DNA of 64,000 nucleotides from an uncultured bacterium. GTDB lineage: Bacteria > Omnitrophota > Omnitrophia > Omnitrophales > Aquincolibacteriaceae. Positions within the stretch are counted from its first letter, which is position 1. Each line of letters begins with the position of its first letter. The position numbers and the translations under genes were made by a program. The notes below the pieces were generated by a model, which had not been told where the DNA came from, searched no databases, and saw only the letters and a program-made list of their open reading frames with translations. Shown here in pieces: positions 30,907 through 41,240 of the stretch. The stretch lies in NCBI GenBank assembly GCA_964606385.1, contig CAZSFZ010000007.1:6688-70687 (forward strand). Reading direction: 5' to 3'.

Positions 30907-32202
30907 ATGGCGAAAAGTTTTTGTTCGAAGAGTTTTTCCATTCTTTTAACAATCTTTTTTTTGGCGGGTTGCGGATCGCCGGTTAATACGGGAGGCAAAG
31001 GCGTCACGGAAGTCAAGGTGAGCTTTTGGGGCACGCCCGAAGAGATCGGTATCATCACCGAAGCGCTTGCCCCCTGGCAGGCCGAACACCCCGAGATCAA
31101 GATCGTCTTCGAACACACGCCTTATACCGGCTATATCAGCAAGATCCTCACGCGGATCGCCGGGGGGGCGGCCCCTGACATTATCGCCACCGAAGTCGAT
31201 TACTTCGTCACTTTCGCGACCAAGGGCGTTTTGGAGGACCTGACGCCCTACGAAACCGCTGACCCGCAAGGTTTCGACAAGAGCGACTTTTTCCCGCAGA
31301 TCATCGACCGCTTCACCTATCAAGGGAAGCTTCTCGCGATCCCACGCGATATCGCCCCCTTCGCTTGTGTTTTCTATAATAAGAAGGTTTTCGACCAGGC
31401 CAACCTCCCGTATCCCACCGACGATTGGACCTGGAGCGATATGTTGCGCCTGGCCCGCGAATTGACCAAAAAAGACAGCAATGGAAGGGTAACCCAGTAC
31501 GGTTTTTACACTTGGGCGTGGCAGAATTTCATCTACGGGAACGGCGGGGGATTGGTGGATGATGTGAAAAATCCCACCAAAACCCGTTTGGGCGACGACG
31601 AATCGATCATGGGGATCCAGTTTTACGCGGACCTTAGCAATCTTTATGAGGCCATGCCGACCCCGACCGCTTTCATGAATTTCGGGATGGGCGCGGACCG
31701 GATGTTCGCCAACGGCCGCATCGCGCTGTTCCTCTCCGGCATCTGGGAAGCCCCGCAGTTCCGCAATTATAATTTCGAATGGGATGTCGTGATGTTCCCA
31801 AAGAATGATAAAGGCGTCCGGGCGTTCGGGACCGGCGGGACCGGCTACGCGATCCTGAAATCCTCTAAGCACAAAAAAGAAGCGTGGGAAGTGATCAAGG
31901 CGTTGACCGGGCCCGAAGGGCAGAAACAGTTCGCCAAGCGGGGCCTCGCGCAGCCCGCGCGCCTTTCGGTCGCGAAAAGCGACGCTTTTGCCGGAGACGC
32001 GTCGGCGCCCGCCAATAAAAAAATGCTCAACGAGGCGGTGCAGCACGCGATCTTCAGCCCTTTTCATCCGAAATGGCGCGAAATAGAAGAAAAATACATC
32101 CGGCCCAAGCTGGACCTTATTTTTAGCGGGAAAAAGACGGCCGCGGAAGCCGCCAAAGAACTTGTTCCCGAGATCAACGCCCAACTCGCGCAATCCGAAT
32201 AA
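30907..32202 (+). CDS. ABC-transporter extracellular solute-binding lipoprotein (carbohydrate family).
   Basis: Lipobox LAGC. Family-1 SBP pattern (VSFWGTPEE...AAPDII...). No cognate permease or ATPase gene is adjacent. Confidence 0.75.
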   Translation: MAKSFCSKSFSILLTIFFLAGCGSPVNTGGKGVTEVKVSFWGTPEEIGIITEALAPWQAEHPEIKIVFEHTPYTGYISKILTRIAGGAAPDIIATEVDYFVTFATKGVLEDLTPYETADPQGFDKSDFFPQIIDRFTYQGKLLAIPRDIAPFACVFYNKKVFDQANLPYPTDDWTWSDMLRLARELTKKDSNGRVTQYGFYTWAWQNFIYGNGGGLVDDVKNPTKTRLGDDESIMGIQFYADLSNLYEAMPTPTAFMNFGMGADRMFANGRIALFLSGIWEAPQFRNYNFEWDVVMFPKNDKGVRAFGTGGTGYAILKSSKHKKEAWEVIKALTGPEGQKQFAKRGLAQPARLSVAKSDAFAGDASAPANKKMLNEAVQHAIFSPFHPKWREIEEKYIRPKLDLIFSGKKTAAEAAKELVPEINAQLAQSE

Positions 32203-32245
32203 AAAGACCCGTTCAAAAACAAAAAGCCAAGGAGTTTCTGTTCTC

Positions 32246-34702
32246 ATGCCCAGAAAATCGAAAGAAAGAAAAAAAGCGGAAGCCAAAATGGCCGCGCAGG
32301 AAACAACCTGCGAAAAAAAATTCGCCTCCAAATACGGTTATTTCACCCCGGACGGCCGCGAATACGTCATCACACGCCCCGACACGCCGCGGCCCTGGGT
32401 GAACGTGATCTCGAACGGTGATTACGGCACGATCGAAACGCAGACCGGCTCGGGTTTTTCGTGGCGCGACAATTCGAACCTTTCCCGCGTGACGCGCTGG
32501 GACCAGGACCTGATCCGCGACAACTGGGGCAAATACATCTATGTGCGTGACCGGGATAACGGCGACTACTGGTCGGGGACCTGGAAACCCTGCATGCCGA
32601 AATATGATTTTTTTGAAGTCCGCCACGGGCAGGGCTATTCGGTGCTGAAGAGCAAACTGAACGGGATCCTGTTCGAGAAAACGATCTTTGTGGACGTGGA
32701 AGACCCCGTCGAAGTTTGGAAAGTCGTTTTAACGAACCAGTCGGGGAAAAAACGTCGTCTCAGCCTCTTCACGTATTTTGATTGGTGTCTCGGCAATTGG
32801 TCGGATACCCACCGCGAGTTCCACAAGACGTTCATCGAGACCTGGATCGACAAAAAATTCGGATGCATCCACGGCATCAAGCGCGCGCCGCTCGTGCCGG
32901 GATTCATCTCGACCGGCATGACGGAAAAACCGCTCCAGGGATTCCATGCCGCGCATCCCAAGCCGGTGGCTTACGATGGCGACAAAGAGGCGTTCCTGGG
33001 CCGTTACGGTGAAACCCACGCGCCGGCCGCGGTCGTTGAAGGGAAATGCCGTAATTCGGAAGGCAAGTGGGGGGACGCGGCGGCAAGCCTCCAGGTCGAT
33101 GTGGACCTTGGCCCCAAAGAATCCAAAACCATTATTTTTACGCTGGGCTCCACGCGCAGCCGGGAAGAAGCGGAGCGGATCATCCAGAAATACGCGAGCC
33201 CCAAGGCCGCGGACCAGGAGCTCCATAAGGTCAAAGCGCTTTGGGATTCTTTTATCCACGCTTCGGAGATCGAAACGCCGGATGAAGCGCTCAATTTTAT
33301 GACGAACACCTGGATGAAATACCAGGCGATCTCGGCGCGCATCTGGGCGAAATGCGCCTACTATCAATCGAGCGGCGGTTACGGCTTCCGCGACCAGCTT
33401 CAGGACTGCCAGATCTTTTTCGCGACGCGGCCCGAACTCGCGAAAAAACAGATCCTCCTTCACGCTGAACAACAGTTCCCGGACGGCACGGTCTATCACT
33501 GGTGGCATCACGGCACCAATATCGGCGCTATCACGAATTGTTCCGACGACTTGTTGTGGCTGGATTTCATCACGCTGAATTATCTGGACGAAACGGCCGA
33601 CGAGGCGATCCTGGACACCACGGTCAAATTTCTTCCCGATCCCAAGACCAAGGAAGTGACCTCGGGCACGCTGTATGACCATTTGCTCAGGTCGATCGAT
33701 AAGGCGCTTACGCGGTTTTCGCCGCGCGGGTTGCCGCTCATCGGCGAATGCGATTGGAACGACGGCTTGAGCCATGTCGGAACCAAGTGGAGAGGGGAAT
33801 CGATCTGGCTCGGACATTTTCTCTACGGGATCTTGAACCGCATCGCGCCGATTATGGAAAAGCGGGGCGATAAAATCAAGGCCGCGGAATATCTTCGCCG
33901 CGCGGAAGCCATGAAAAAGGCGCTCAACACGGAAGGCTGGGATGGGGAATGGTACCTCGGAGCGACGCGCGACGACGGAAGGCCGCTCGGCAGCAAAAAG
34001 TGCGAAACCGGGAAGATCTTTTTGAACTGCCAGACCTGGGCGGTGATCACGGGCGTGGCGGATGAAAAACGCGCGCGGGTCGCGATGGACGCGGCGGCAA
34101 AATGGCTCTATAAAAAATACGGTCCGCTTCTTCTGACGCCTGGCTACAACAAGACCGACGCGACGATCGGTTATATCACGCGTTACGCTCCTTCGGTCCG
34201 CGAGAACGGGGGGCTTTACACGCACGCTGGAACGTGGGCGATCCAGGCCGAAGCCATGATGCGCGACGGCGATCTGGCCCACCAGCTTTACAAGAGCTTC
34301 AACCCCGCGTTTCGCGGCCTCGAACCGGATATTTATTACAGCGAACCGTACGTGACACCCGGCAACGTGGATGGGCCGGATTCACCCAATAACGGGCGCG
34401 GCGGCTGGACCTGGTATACGGGTTCCGCGGCCTGGTACGCGGTCGTGGCCATGAATTGGATGCTGGGCATCCGTCCTGTCGCGAAAGGACTGCTGGTGGA
34501 TCCCGTGATCCCCAAAAAATGGAAGGGTTTCAAAATGAAACGCCTTTTCCGCGGCAGCACGTACCTGATCGAGGTCAAAAACCCGAAACAGACCGGTCAG
34601 GGAGTCGCGTCCGTGGTCGTGGACGGGAAAAAACAAAAAGAAAATCTGATCCCGGACCTTCGGGATGGCCGCACCCACCGGGTCGAAGTTACGCTCGGGT
34701 AA
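32246..34702 (+). CDS. GH94-family glycoside phosphorylase (cellobiose/cellodextrin/chitobiose-phosphorylase-like).
   Basis: N-terminus YGYFTPDGREYVITRPDTPRPWVNVISNGDYGTIETQTGSGFSWRDNSNLSRVTRW is typical of GH94. About 820 aa. An ATG at 32246 sits inside the longer ORF that begins at 32162. Confidence 0.7.
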   Translation: MPRKSKERKKAEAKMAAQETTCEKKFASKYGYFTPDGREYVITRPDTPRPWVNVISNGDYGTIETQTGSGFSWRDNSNLSRVTRWDQDLIRDNWGKYIYVRDRDNGDYWSGTWKPCMPKYDFFEVRHGQGYSVLKSKLNGILFEKTIFVDVEDPVEVWKVVLTNQSGKKRRLSLFTYFDWCLGNWSDTHREFHKTFIETWIDKKFGCIHGIKRAPLVPGFISTGMTEKPLQGFHAAHPKPVAYDGDKEAFLGRYGETHAPAAVVEGKCRNSEGKWGDAAASLQVDVDLGPKESKTIIFTLGSTRSREEAERIIQKYASPKAADQELHKVKALWDSFIHASEIETPDEALNFMTNTWMKYQAISARIWAKCAYYQSSGGYGFRDQLQDCQIFFATRPELAKKQILLHAEQQFPDGTVYHWWHHGTNIGAITNCSDDLLWLDFITLNYLDETADEAILDTTVKFLPDPKTKEVTSGTLYDHLLRSIDKALTRFSPRGLPLIGECDWNDGLSHVGTKWRGESIWLGHFLYGILNRIAPIMEKRGDKIKAAEYLRRAEAMKKALNTEGWDGEWYLGATRDDGRPLGSKKCETGKIFLNCQTWAVITGVADEKRARVAMDAAAKWLYKKYGPLLLTPGYNKTDATIGYITRYAPSVRENGGLYTHAGTWAIQAEAMMRDGDLAHQLYKSFNPAFRGLEPDIYYSEPYVTPGNVDGPDSPNNGRGGWTWYTGSAAWYAVVAMNWMLGIRPVAKGLLVDPVIPKKWKGFKMKRLFRGSTYLIEVKNPKQTGQGVASVVVDGKKQKENLIPDLRDGRTHRVEVTLG

Positions 34703-34711
34703 ACGAAGAAC

Positions 34712-36802
34712 ATGATCCCGCAAAAGAAGCGTTCCACGGGGATAAAAAAGTTCCCGCGGAACGCTTTTTTGTTTTTTCTGACCGCTTGTTTCCTGGGGAG
34801 CATGGCAGTTCCCGCCTTTGCCGCCAACCCTTCTCCCAAACAAAAAACCTCCTATGTCCAGCAGATCGGTCCTGCGGACGGCGAATCATCGATTGATATC
34901 GGAAAGGTCTACAGCCTTGTCCCGCCGGGGAAGCCTCTGCGCGTCTCCACACGATTTAAGGTGGTGGATGACTTTAACGGAAGGGAATTGAAGAACAGTT
35001 TGAACGGAGCTTGGAGCGTCGACAAGGGCGACGAAAAAAAGGTCCGGCTCGATCTCAAAAAAGAAGATGCGCGAAATACCCGTTCGGGCGGTTCCCTATG
35101 GGCCCGGGTGAATTTAAAGCGGAAGGAAAAAACGACTTTTCGCACTTCGCTCGAAAGGCTGGATATGAGCGCAGCGCACTACCTCGTTTTAAAATGCCGG
35201 ACCGCTGTGTCGTCCCCGTTCAAGGGGCGCTTACGCGTGGGCCTGACCGATTGGTCCGGCAAAACCGTAGAAAAAGACATTACGGACGCTTGTCTCGAGG
35301 AGAACAACTGGGGAGAAGCGGTGCTTCCCATGAATGTTTTTATGGGGGTCGATCTTGATCAGCTGAGCTCGCTTTCTTTCAGCGCCTTCGCCCGGGAAAG
35401 GAACCTGGCGGGGAAGATCGGCCTGGATGAGATCGCTTTTCTGGGACACGCCGAAGTGGGTTTTGAAAGCGTGGAAGATAATTTTGTGGGGTTCCCACGC
35501 TCCATTCAAAACGAGCACCGGCGCGAAGAATTGCTGGCGACCTCAAGCGATAAAGAACTGTTACTCAAGATCGCGACGGATACCTGGAAATATTTCGAAA
35601 ACGCGACCGATAAAAGGAACCGCCTTGTTTCCGACCACTTTAAACTCGGGGATTTTCCTTTGGCGGCAGCCTACACCTCGCCCACCAATATAGGTTTGGA
35701 TCTCATGGGAACGGTCGCCGCGAGGGAACTGGGGATCATTACCCCCGAGGCGGCGGCAGAACGCGCTCAAAGCATTCTTCGCATACTCAAAAAACTCGAA
35801 AAATGGAAGGGATTCTTCCTTAATTTTTATGAAACGACCCGTTTGGGCGTGACCAATCCTTTTGTGTCAAGCGTGGATAACGGATGGCTTGCCATCGCGC
35901 TTGTGGTGACCCGCCAGGCTTTTTCGGGAGAGATCGCCAAAGACGCCACAGCCCTTTTGGAGCAGATGCATTTCCAGGAATTCCTGGATCCCGACACGAA
36001 TCACATCGCGATCGGCTATGACACAAGCCGGCAGAGTTTGACGCCATATCATTACGGCATGCTTGTCACGGAAGCTCGGGCCATGAGTCTTTTCGCCATC
36101 GGAAAAGGGGACATCCCGGAGGAACACTGGTGGTACCTTTACCGAACGGCCCCGGAAGCTTGGGATTGGCAAACGCAAAAACCCCAAGGAAAAACGGTGG
36201 AGCGCGACAAAGTCAGCTATTTCCAAGGCTACTATAAGGATGGGGACAGGAAATTCGTGCCTAGCTGGGGAGGGTCCCTTTTTGAGTTTTTGATGCCCGC
36301 TATGGTGATTCATGAACAAAAATTTGGGACCAAAAGCTTCAGACTTAATGGCAAAACCGTAACCGAGCTTCACAGGGATTACGCGCTCAAAGAAAAGAAA
36401 TATCCTGTTTGGGGGATATCGCCCTCCTCGACCGCGGATGGCCGGCGCTGGATGTACTCCGAATATGGCATCAAAAAACTCGGCGTAAAAGGTTATCCGG
36501 ACCGCGGCGTCATCACACCTCACGCGAGCTTTCTGGCGCTGGACTCTTTACCCAAAGACGCGATCAAGAATATCCGGAAGCTTCTGACCTATGAAATTTA
36601 CGGGGAATACGGGTTTTATGACACGATTTCTTTCCCAAGCCAAAAAGTGAACGCTCAGTATTTGGCCCTCGATCAGGGGATGGTGCTGATTCCGATCGCG
36701 AACTATCTTAAAAACGGTGTCATCCAGGAGTATTTTTATAAAGATCCGATCGGCAAGAAAAGCAAAGAATTGCTGAGCCAGGAGGATTTTTTCAGGGGAT
36801 AA
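34712..36802 (+). CDS. Secreted protein with a C-terminal (alpha/alpha)6-barrel glycosidase-like domain (DUF3131/GH144-like?).
   Basis: Signal peptide. C-terminal motifs (NGWLAIALVV, HYGMLVTEARAMSLFAIG, YGFYDTISF) that I recall from a glucoamylase-like / beta-1,2-glucanase family. Family call is from memory only. Confidence 0.35.
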   Translation: MIPQKKRSTGIKKFPRNAFLFFLTACFLGSMAVPAFAANPSPKQKTSYVQQIGPADGESSIDIGKVYSLVPPGKPLRVSTRFKVVDDFNGRELKNSLNGAWSVDKGDEKKVRLDLKKEDARNTRSGGSLWARVNLKRKEKTTFRTSLERLDMSAAHYLVLKCRTAVSSPFKGRLRVGLTDWSGKTVEKDITDACLEENNWGEAVLPMNVFMGVDLDQLSSLSFSAFARERNLAGKIGLDEIAFLGHAEVGFESVEDNFVGFPRSIQNEHRREELLATSSDKELLLKIATDTWKYFENATDKRNRLVSDHFKLGDFPLAAAYTSPTNIGLDLMGTVAARELGIITPEAAAERAQSILRILKKLEKWKGFFLNFYETTRLGVTNPFVSSVDNGWLAIALVVTRQAFSGEIAKDATALLEQMHFQEFLDPDTNHIAIGYDTSRQSLTPYHYGMLVTEARAMSLFAIGKGDIPEEHWWYLYRTAPEAWDWQTQKPQGKTVERDKVSYFQGYYKDGDRKFVPSWGGSLFEFLMPAMVIHEQKFGTKSFRLNGKTVTELHRDYALKEKKYPVWGISPSSTADGRRWMYSEYGIKKLGVKGYPDRGVITPHASFLALDSLPKDAIKNIRKLLTYEIYGEYGFYDTISFPSQKVNAQYLALDQGMVLIPIANYLKNGVIQEYFYKDPIGKKSKELLSQEDFFRG

Positions 36803-36938
36803 GACGCTCTAATCCCTTGGGCTGGAAGAAGATAGGTTTTTGGCCCTAAAGGCGCTCAATTAACGCTTTGAAAAAGCATATCGTAGAGTTAAAATGAGTG
36901 AAGCTTGAGGCACTTATATATCGATAAAAGAACAAGTT

Positions 36939-38192
36939 ATGACAAAGACCATTTTCGAAAGGAGCAACAGCCCCATGATTATTAAGCAAATGCTAAAAGA
37001 TCGAACTTTGACGGACAAAGAGAGGAAAAATCTGGCGATCCTCGAAGTTATCCGCAAGAACGGGCCGATCTCAAGGACGGACATTTCCAAGCTTACCGAG
37101 CTGAACATTGTGACGGTTTCCAATTATGTGGGCCACTACATCAAAAAAGGCCTCGTGGTGGAAGGCGAGCTGGATGAATCGACCGGCGGCCGCAAGCCCG
37201 TGCTCGTGGAACTCAACCCCAAGGCGGGATACATCGTGGGGGTGGGCCTGAACATGATGAGCATCGTGGCGGTGCTCGTGGATCTCGAGATCAATGTGAT
37301 CAGCGAGATCAAGCGCGAACGAGCTCCCGAAAATTCCGAAAAGGTCGTGCTTCAAATGGTGGACCTGGCGGCGGAGATCATCGAAAAAGCAGAGGTCGAT
37401 AAATCCAAGATCGTCGGTGTCGGTGTCGGCATTCCGGGGATCATCGATGAACGCGGGCGTACGATCCGCTGGCCTCAGAGCCTCGGCGATAAGGACATTT
37501 CCGTTTGCTCTTCGATCAAGGATACTTTTGAAAAACGGCTGAACATTCCCACGATCGTGGAAAATGACGCGAACGCGGCGGTGCTCGGCGAAAAATGGCT
37601 CGGTCTGGACCGCGACGTGAGAAATATGGTCTATATGTTCTCGGGTGTCGGCTGCGGCATTCTGATCAACGAAGAGATCTATCGCGGCGCGAACGGAGCG
37701 GCGGGGGAACTCGGGATCACCAGCGCGCACGCGACCAAGGATTATTCTTTCAAGATCGCGACGCAGCTCGGCCGCTGGGAAATGGATATCGGCATGGTGC
37801 GCCACGCGAGAGAACGCATCGAAAAAGGCGAGCCTTCGGTATTGAAGGATATGCTGAAGGGAGACCTTTCCAAGCTGACCTTCCGCGAAGTGGTGAAGGC
37901 CGTCAAAGAAAAAGACGCGGTCGCGCTCAAGGCGGCTGATCAAGCCGGTCAGGACCTCGGCAAAAAAGTCGCGTTTATCGTGAACCTCCTCAACCCCGAG
38001 GTGGTCGTGATCGGCGGGGGCATCGAGGATTGCGGCGCGCCGCTTCTTGACGCGATCAAGAACACGGTCAAGGAGTGGTCCGTGGAAGAAGCCGCTACCC
38101 AGGTCAAGATCATTCCCTCCGCGTTCGGAGAGAATGCGGTCGCGCTTGGCGTGGTGGGCATCGTGGCCCGAGAAGTTTTCGCCCAGGCCTAA
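36939..38192 (+). CDS. ROK-family transcriptional regulator (N-terminal wHTH plus sugar-kinase-like domain).
   Basis: NLAILEVIRKNGPISRTDISKLTELNIVTVSNYV, followed by an ROK ATPase-fold region. Confidence 0.8.
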   Translation: MTKTIFERSNSPMIIKQMLKDRTLTDKERKNLAILEVIRKNGPISRTDISKLTELNIVTVSNYVGHYIKKGLVVEGELDESTGGRKPVLVELNPKAGYIVGVGLNMMSIVAVLVDLEINVISEIKRERAPENSEKVVLQMVDLAAEIIEKAEVDKSKIVGVGVGIPGIIDERGRTIRWPQSLGDKDISVCSSIKDTFEKRLNIPTIVENDANAAVLGEKWLGLDRDVRNMVYMFSGVGCGILINEEIYRGANGAAGELGITSAHATKDYSFKIATQLGRWEMDIGMVRHARERIEKGEPSVLKDMLKGDLSKLTFREVVKAVKEKDAVALKAADQAGQDLGKKVAFIVNLLNPEVVVIGGGIEDCGAPLLDAIKNTVKEWSVEEAATQVKIIPSAFGENAVALGVVGIVAREVFAQA

Positions 38193-38216
38193 AAGCTTTT
38201 CGGCCCTGATCCCGGC

Positions 38217-39245
38217 ATGAAAGCTTTTATACAGGAGCTCAAGGCGCGGGTCCTTGCGGGCGGAGCGATCACCCGGGAAGAAGCCCTGCGCCTAGTCTCG
38301 GTCAGGGATCCCGCAACGATCGACTTTCTTTTAAGCGCAGCGCACGAGGTCACCCAAAAATTTTGTCCTCCCCGGGCGGATCTCTGTTCCCTCGTGAATG
38401 CCAAGAGCTACCTTTGCTCGGAAGACTGCGGCTTTTGCTCCCAATCCTCGCATTACAAAACCGGCGTCCAACGCTATCCTCTCATGAAACCCGAAGAAGT
38501 CCTTGAAAAAGCCCTGGCCTGCGAAGCGAACGGCATTCAAAGCTTTTGTGTGGTCACGAGCGGGGAAACCTTAAGTGACGGCGAATTCGAACAGGTCCTC
38601 GCGACCTTTGAATTGCTCAGCGAAAAAACAAAACTCCGGCTGGACGGATCGCTTGGGAATTTAACGGCCGGACAGATCGAAAGGCTTCGCGCTGCCGGCA
38701 TGCGGCGCTTTAACCATAACCTTCAATGCTCCCGCGAGTTTTACCCCCGGATCGTGTCGACCCATACCTATGACGAGCGGATGGAAACGCTGAAGTTCCT
38801 GGAAACAAACGGCGTCGAAGTTTGTTCGGGCGGGATCTTCGGCATGGGGGAGACCGAAGAGGACCGGATCAACCTCGCTTTCGAACTCAAACCTTATGAG
38901 CCGCATTGCCTGCCGGTCAACATCCTGAACCCGCGGCCGGGAACGCCGCTTGAAAAACAGCAAGCCGTTTTGCCCGAAGAGATCGTGAAAACGATCGCGA
39001 TCTTCCGTTTGATCCACCCGAAAGCCAATATTAAATTAGCCGGCGGCCGCGAAATGAACCTGGGGGTTTTTTTCCAGGAGAAAGCGCTCCGCGGCGGGGC
39101 GAACGGTTTTGTGGTCGGAGGGTACCTCACCACCTCCGGGAATCCTCTCCAGGAAGATCTCGAGATGCTCCGCCGCTCGGGATTTATGACCGAAAATGCC
39201 GAAGCGGGCAGCTGCTGCCAGGCCGGCTGCGGCCAAAATCATTAA
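38217..39245 (+). CDS. bioB: Biotin synthase.
   Basis: CSEDCGFCSQS radical-SAM motif and bioB-like length. It sits in an operon with bioF, bioA and bioD. Confidence 0.85.
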   Translation: MKAFIQELKARVLAGGAITREEALRLVSVRDPATIDFLLSAAHEVTQKFCPPRADLCSLVNAKSYLCSEDCGFCSQSSHYKTGVQRYPLMKPEEVLEKALACEANGIQSFCVVTSGETLSDGEFEQVLATFELLSEKTKLRLDGSLGNLTAGQIERLRAAGMRRFNHNLQCSREFYPRIVSTHTYDERMETLKFLETNGVEVCSGGIFGMGETEEDRINLAFELKPYEPHCLPVNILNPRPGTPLEKQQAVLPEEIVKTIAIFRLIHPKANIKLAGGREMNLGVFFQEKALRGGANGFVVGGYLTTSGNPLQEDLEMLRRSGFMTENAEAGSCCQAGCGQNH

Positions 39246-39248
39246 GCT

Positions 39249-39977
39249 GTGGAAACCTCTCTTCAAGACAAAACGATCCTCATCACCGGAGGCACCAGCT
39301 GTCTCGGGAAAGCGTTTGTCCGTAAAGCCGCGGCGCAAGGCGCTCGCGTTTTTTTTACCTATTTCAAAGCCGCAGAAGACTCTAAGGAGCTCGAGCAATC
39401 GGGAGCTTGCGGGTTTTCTTTGGATCTGGCGAAGACACAGGACATCGACGCGTTCATAACGGCCTTTAAAGAAAAAACAGACGCGCTGGATGTGCTGATC
39501 CATAACGCCGCCGCGACCGCCGATGCCTACATTGAAAAAATGTCCGAAAAGGCATGGGAAGATGTCATGAGCGTCAATCTCAAAGCCCCTTTTTATCTTA
39601 CCCAGAAACTGCTGCCGCTCCTTTTAATGAAGAAACCGAGCAAGATCTTTACGCTTGTGAGCCGCGCGGGACTTTGCGGGCTTGCCGGCGCCGCCAACTA
39701 CGCCGCCTCAAAAGGCGGTTTGATCGCCATGACCAAAACCCTGGCAAGAGAGCTCGGCCGCAAGAAGATCCTCGTGAACGCCGTGAATCCAGGATTCATG
39801 CGATCCGCCATGACGGCGAGTGTTCCCCAAGAGGTCTTGCAGAGGAATCTCGAAGAGAGCCCGCTCAAGGCTTTTTCAGATCCCGAGGAAGTCGCGGACC
39901 TTCTCCTCTTTCTTTCCTCCGACCGGATGCGTCAAGTCACGGGACAAGTCTTTCATTTTGAATCCCGGCCTTTCTAG
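39249..39977 (+). CDS. Short-chain dehydrogenase/reductase (FabG-like 3-oxoacyl-ACP reductase), embedded in the bio operon.
   Basis: TGGTSCLGKA Rossmann motif and YAASKGG (YxxxK). Confidence 0.75.
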   Translation: METSLQDKTILITGGTSCLGKAFVRKAAAQGARVFFTYFKAAEDSKELEQSGACGFSLDLAKTQDIDAFITAFKEKTDALDVLIHNAAATADAYIEKMSEKAWEDVMSVNLKAPFYLTQKLLPLLLMKKPSKIFTLVSRAGLCGLAGAANYAASKGGLIAMTKTLARELGRKKILVNAVNPGFMRSAMTASVPQEVLQRNLEESPLKAFSDPEEVADLLLFLSSDRMRQVTGQVFHFESRPF

Positions 39978-40022
39978 GGTAGAATTTTCCTTCACTTCAT
40001 ACCTGAAGGGATCATCATATAC

Positions 40023-41228
40023 ATGAAAAGACGCGTGGTCGTTACCGGCATGGGGATCCTTTCCCCCATCGGGAACACCCTTTCCGATTTCCGGGAAAAT
40101 CTCAAGGCGGGGATTTCCGGCAAAGAAAAAGCGGACCATTCCATCGTGGAGGGGCATTCCTTCCCGCCGGTCTTTCCCCTGCGGAACTTCAACCCAAGAC
40201 CCTATGGGACGCACCTTTTAGATCCGTTCATTCAGTTCGCGGTCGCGGCGGCCGAACAAGCCGTCCAAGACGCGCGCTTCGACCTGTCGGCCGTCGATCC
40301 TTATGACATCGCGCTCTCCGTCAGTTCCAGCAAGGGAGGCGTTCATAGCCTCGGACGTTTTAAAGAAAGGTTCGTGCGGAACCCCAGCGCGATCCTCGGG
40401 GCAAGGATGTACACGAGCGCCGTTCCGAATTTCGCGGATCAGTGGATCGCCCGGCGCATGAAGATCCAGGGACCGGCCAAATGCTATGTGGCCGCCTGCG
40501 CCACCGGTACTGTAGCGATCGTCCAGGGATTCCGCATGGTCTCTGAAGGGCAGGCGCAATATTGTCTTGCCGGTGCGACGGACGCTTCGATATCACCTTT
40601 GATGCTGGGCGGCTACCATAACATGAAAGCCCTCGCAAAAAAAGATATCCGTCCTTTTGATCGACGGCGCGACGGATTTTTAGTGGGAGAAGGCGCCGGC
40701 GTGGTTTTCCTCGAAACGTTGGAGAGCGCAACAGCCCGTGGCGCAAGGATTTACGGAGAGATCGCGGAGGCCGCCTACGGCCAGGATAGCAAGCAGCCCA
40801 TCCATTTTGACAAGAACGAACACGCCCTGTCCTACACGCTCGGAGTTCTTCTTAAAAGGACGGGGCTCGCGCCGCGGGAGATCGATTATATGAACCTGCA
40901 CGGTACGGGGACGCGGCACGGCGATCTTTATGAAACCCTGGAGCTTAAAGAAGCGCTCGGCAAAGAAGCGTACAACATTCCGATGAGTTCCACCAAAGGG
41001 GCGACAGGGCACATGCTGGGCGCGACGGGAGCGGTGGAGATCATCGCGACACTGCTCGGGATCCACGAAGGTTTTGTCCCGCCCACGGTCGGGCTTGAAG
41101 AAAAAGATCCGGCGTGTGATCTGGACTATACGGCCGGAAAAATGCGGCCGCGCAAGATCACGAACGCCATCAAGGTTTCCATGGGCTTTGGCGGCCAGAT
41201 CGCCGCGGTCCTGCTCAGGAAGGCCTGA
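40023..41228 (+). CDS. Beta-ketoacyl-ACP synthase I/II-like (FabF/FabB family), embedded in the bio operon.
   Basis: VVVTGMGILSPIGN, active-site AACATG, and the His-His region (HGTGT...GHMLGATGA). Confidence 0.8.
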   Translation: MKRRVVVTGMGILSPIGNTLSDFRENLKAGISGKEKADHSIVEGHSFPPVFPLRNFNPRPYGTHLLDPFIQFAVAAAEQAVQDARFDLSAVDPYDIALSVSSSKGGVHSLGRFKERFVRNPSAILGARMYTSAVPNFADQWIARRMKIQGPAKCYVAACATGTVAIVQGFRMVSEGQAQYCLAGATDASISPLMLGGYHNMKALAKKDIRPFDRRRDGFLVGEGAGVVFLETLESATARGARIYGEIAEAAYGQDSKQPIHFDKNEHALSYTLGVLLKRTGLAPREIDYMNLHGTGTRHGDLYETLELKEALGKEAYNIPMSSTKGATGHMLGATGAVEIIATLLGIHEGFVPPTVGLEEKDPACDLDYTAGKMRPRKITNAIKVSMGFGGQIAAVLLRKA

Positions 41229-41240
41229 ACTTTCCCTCGA

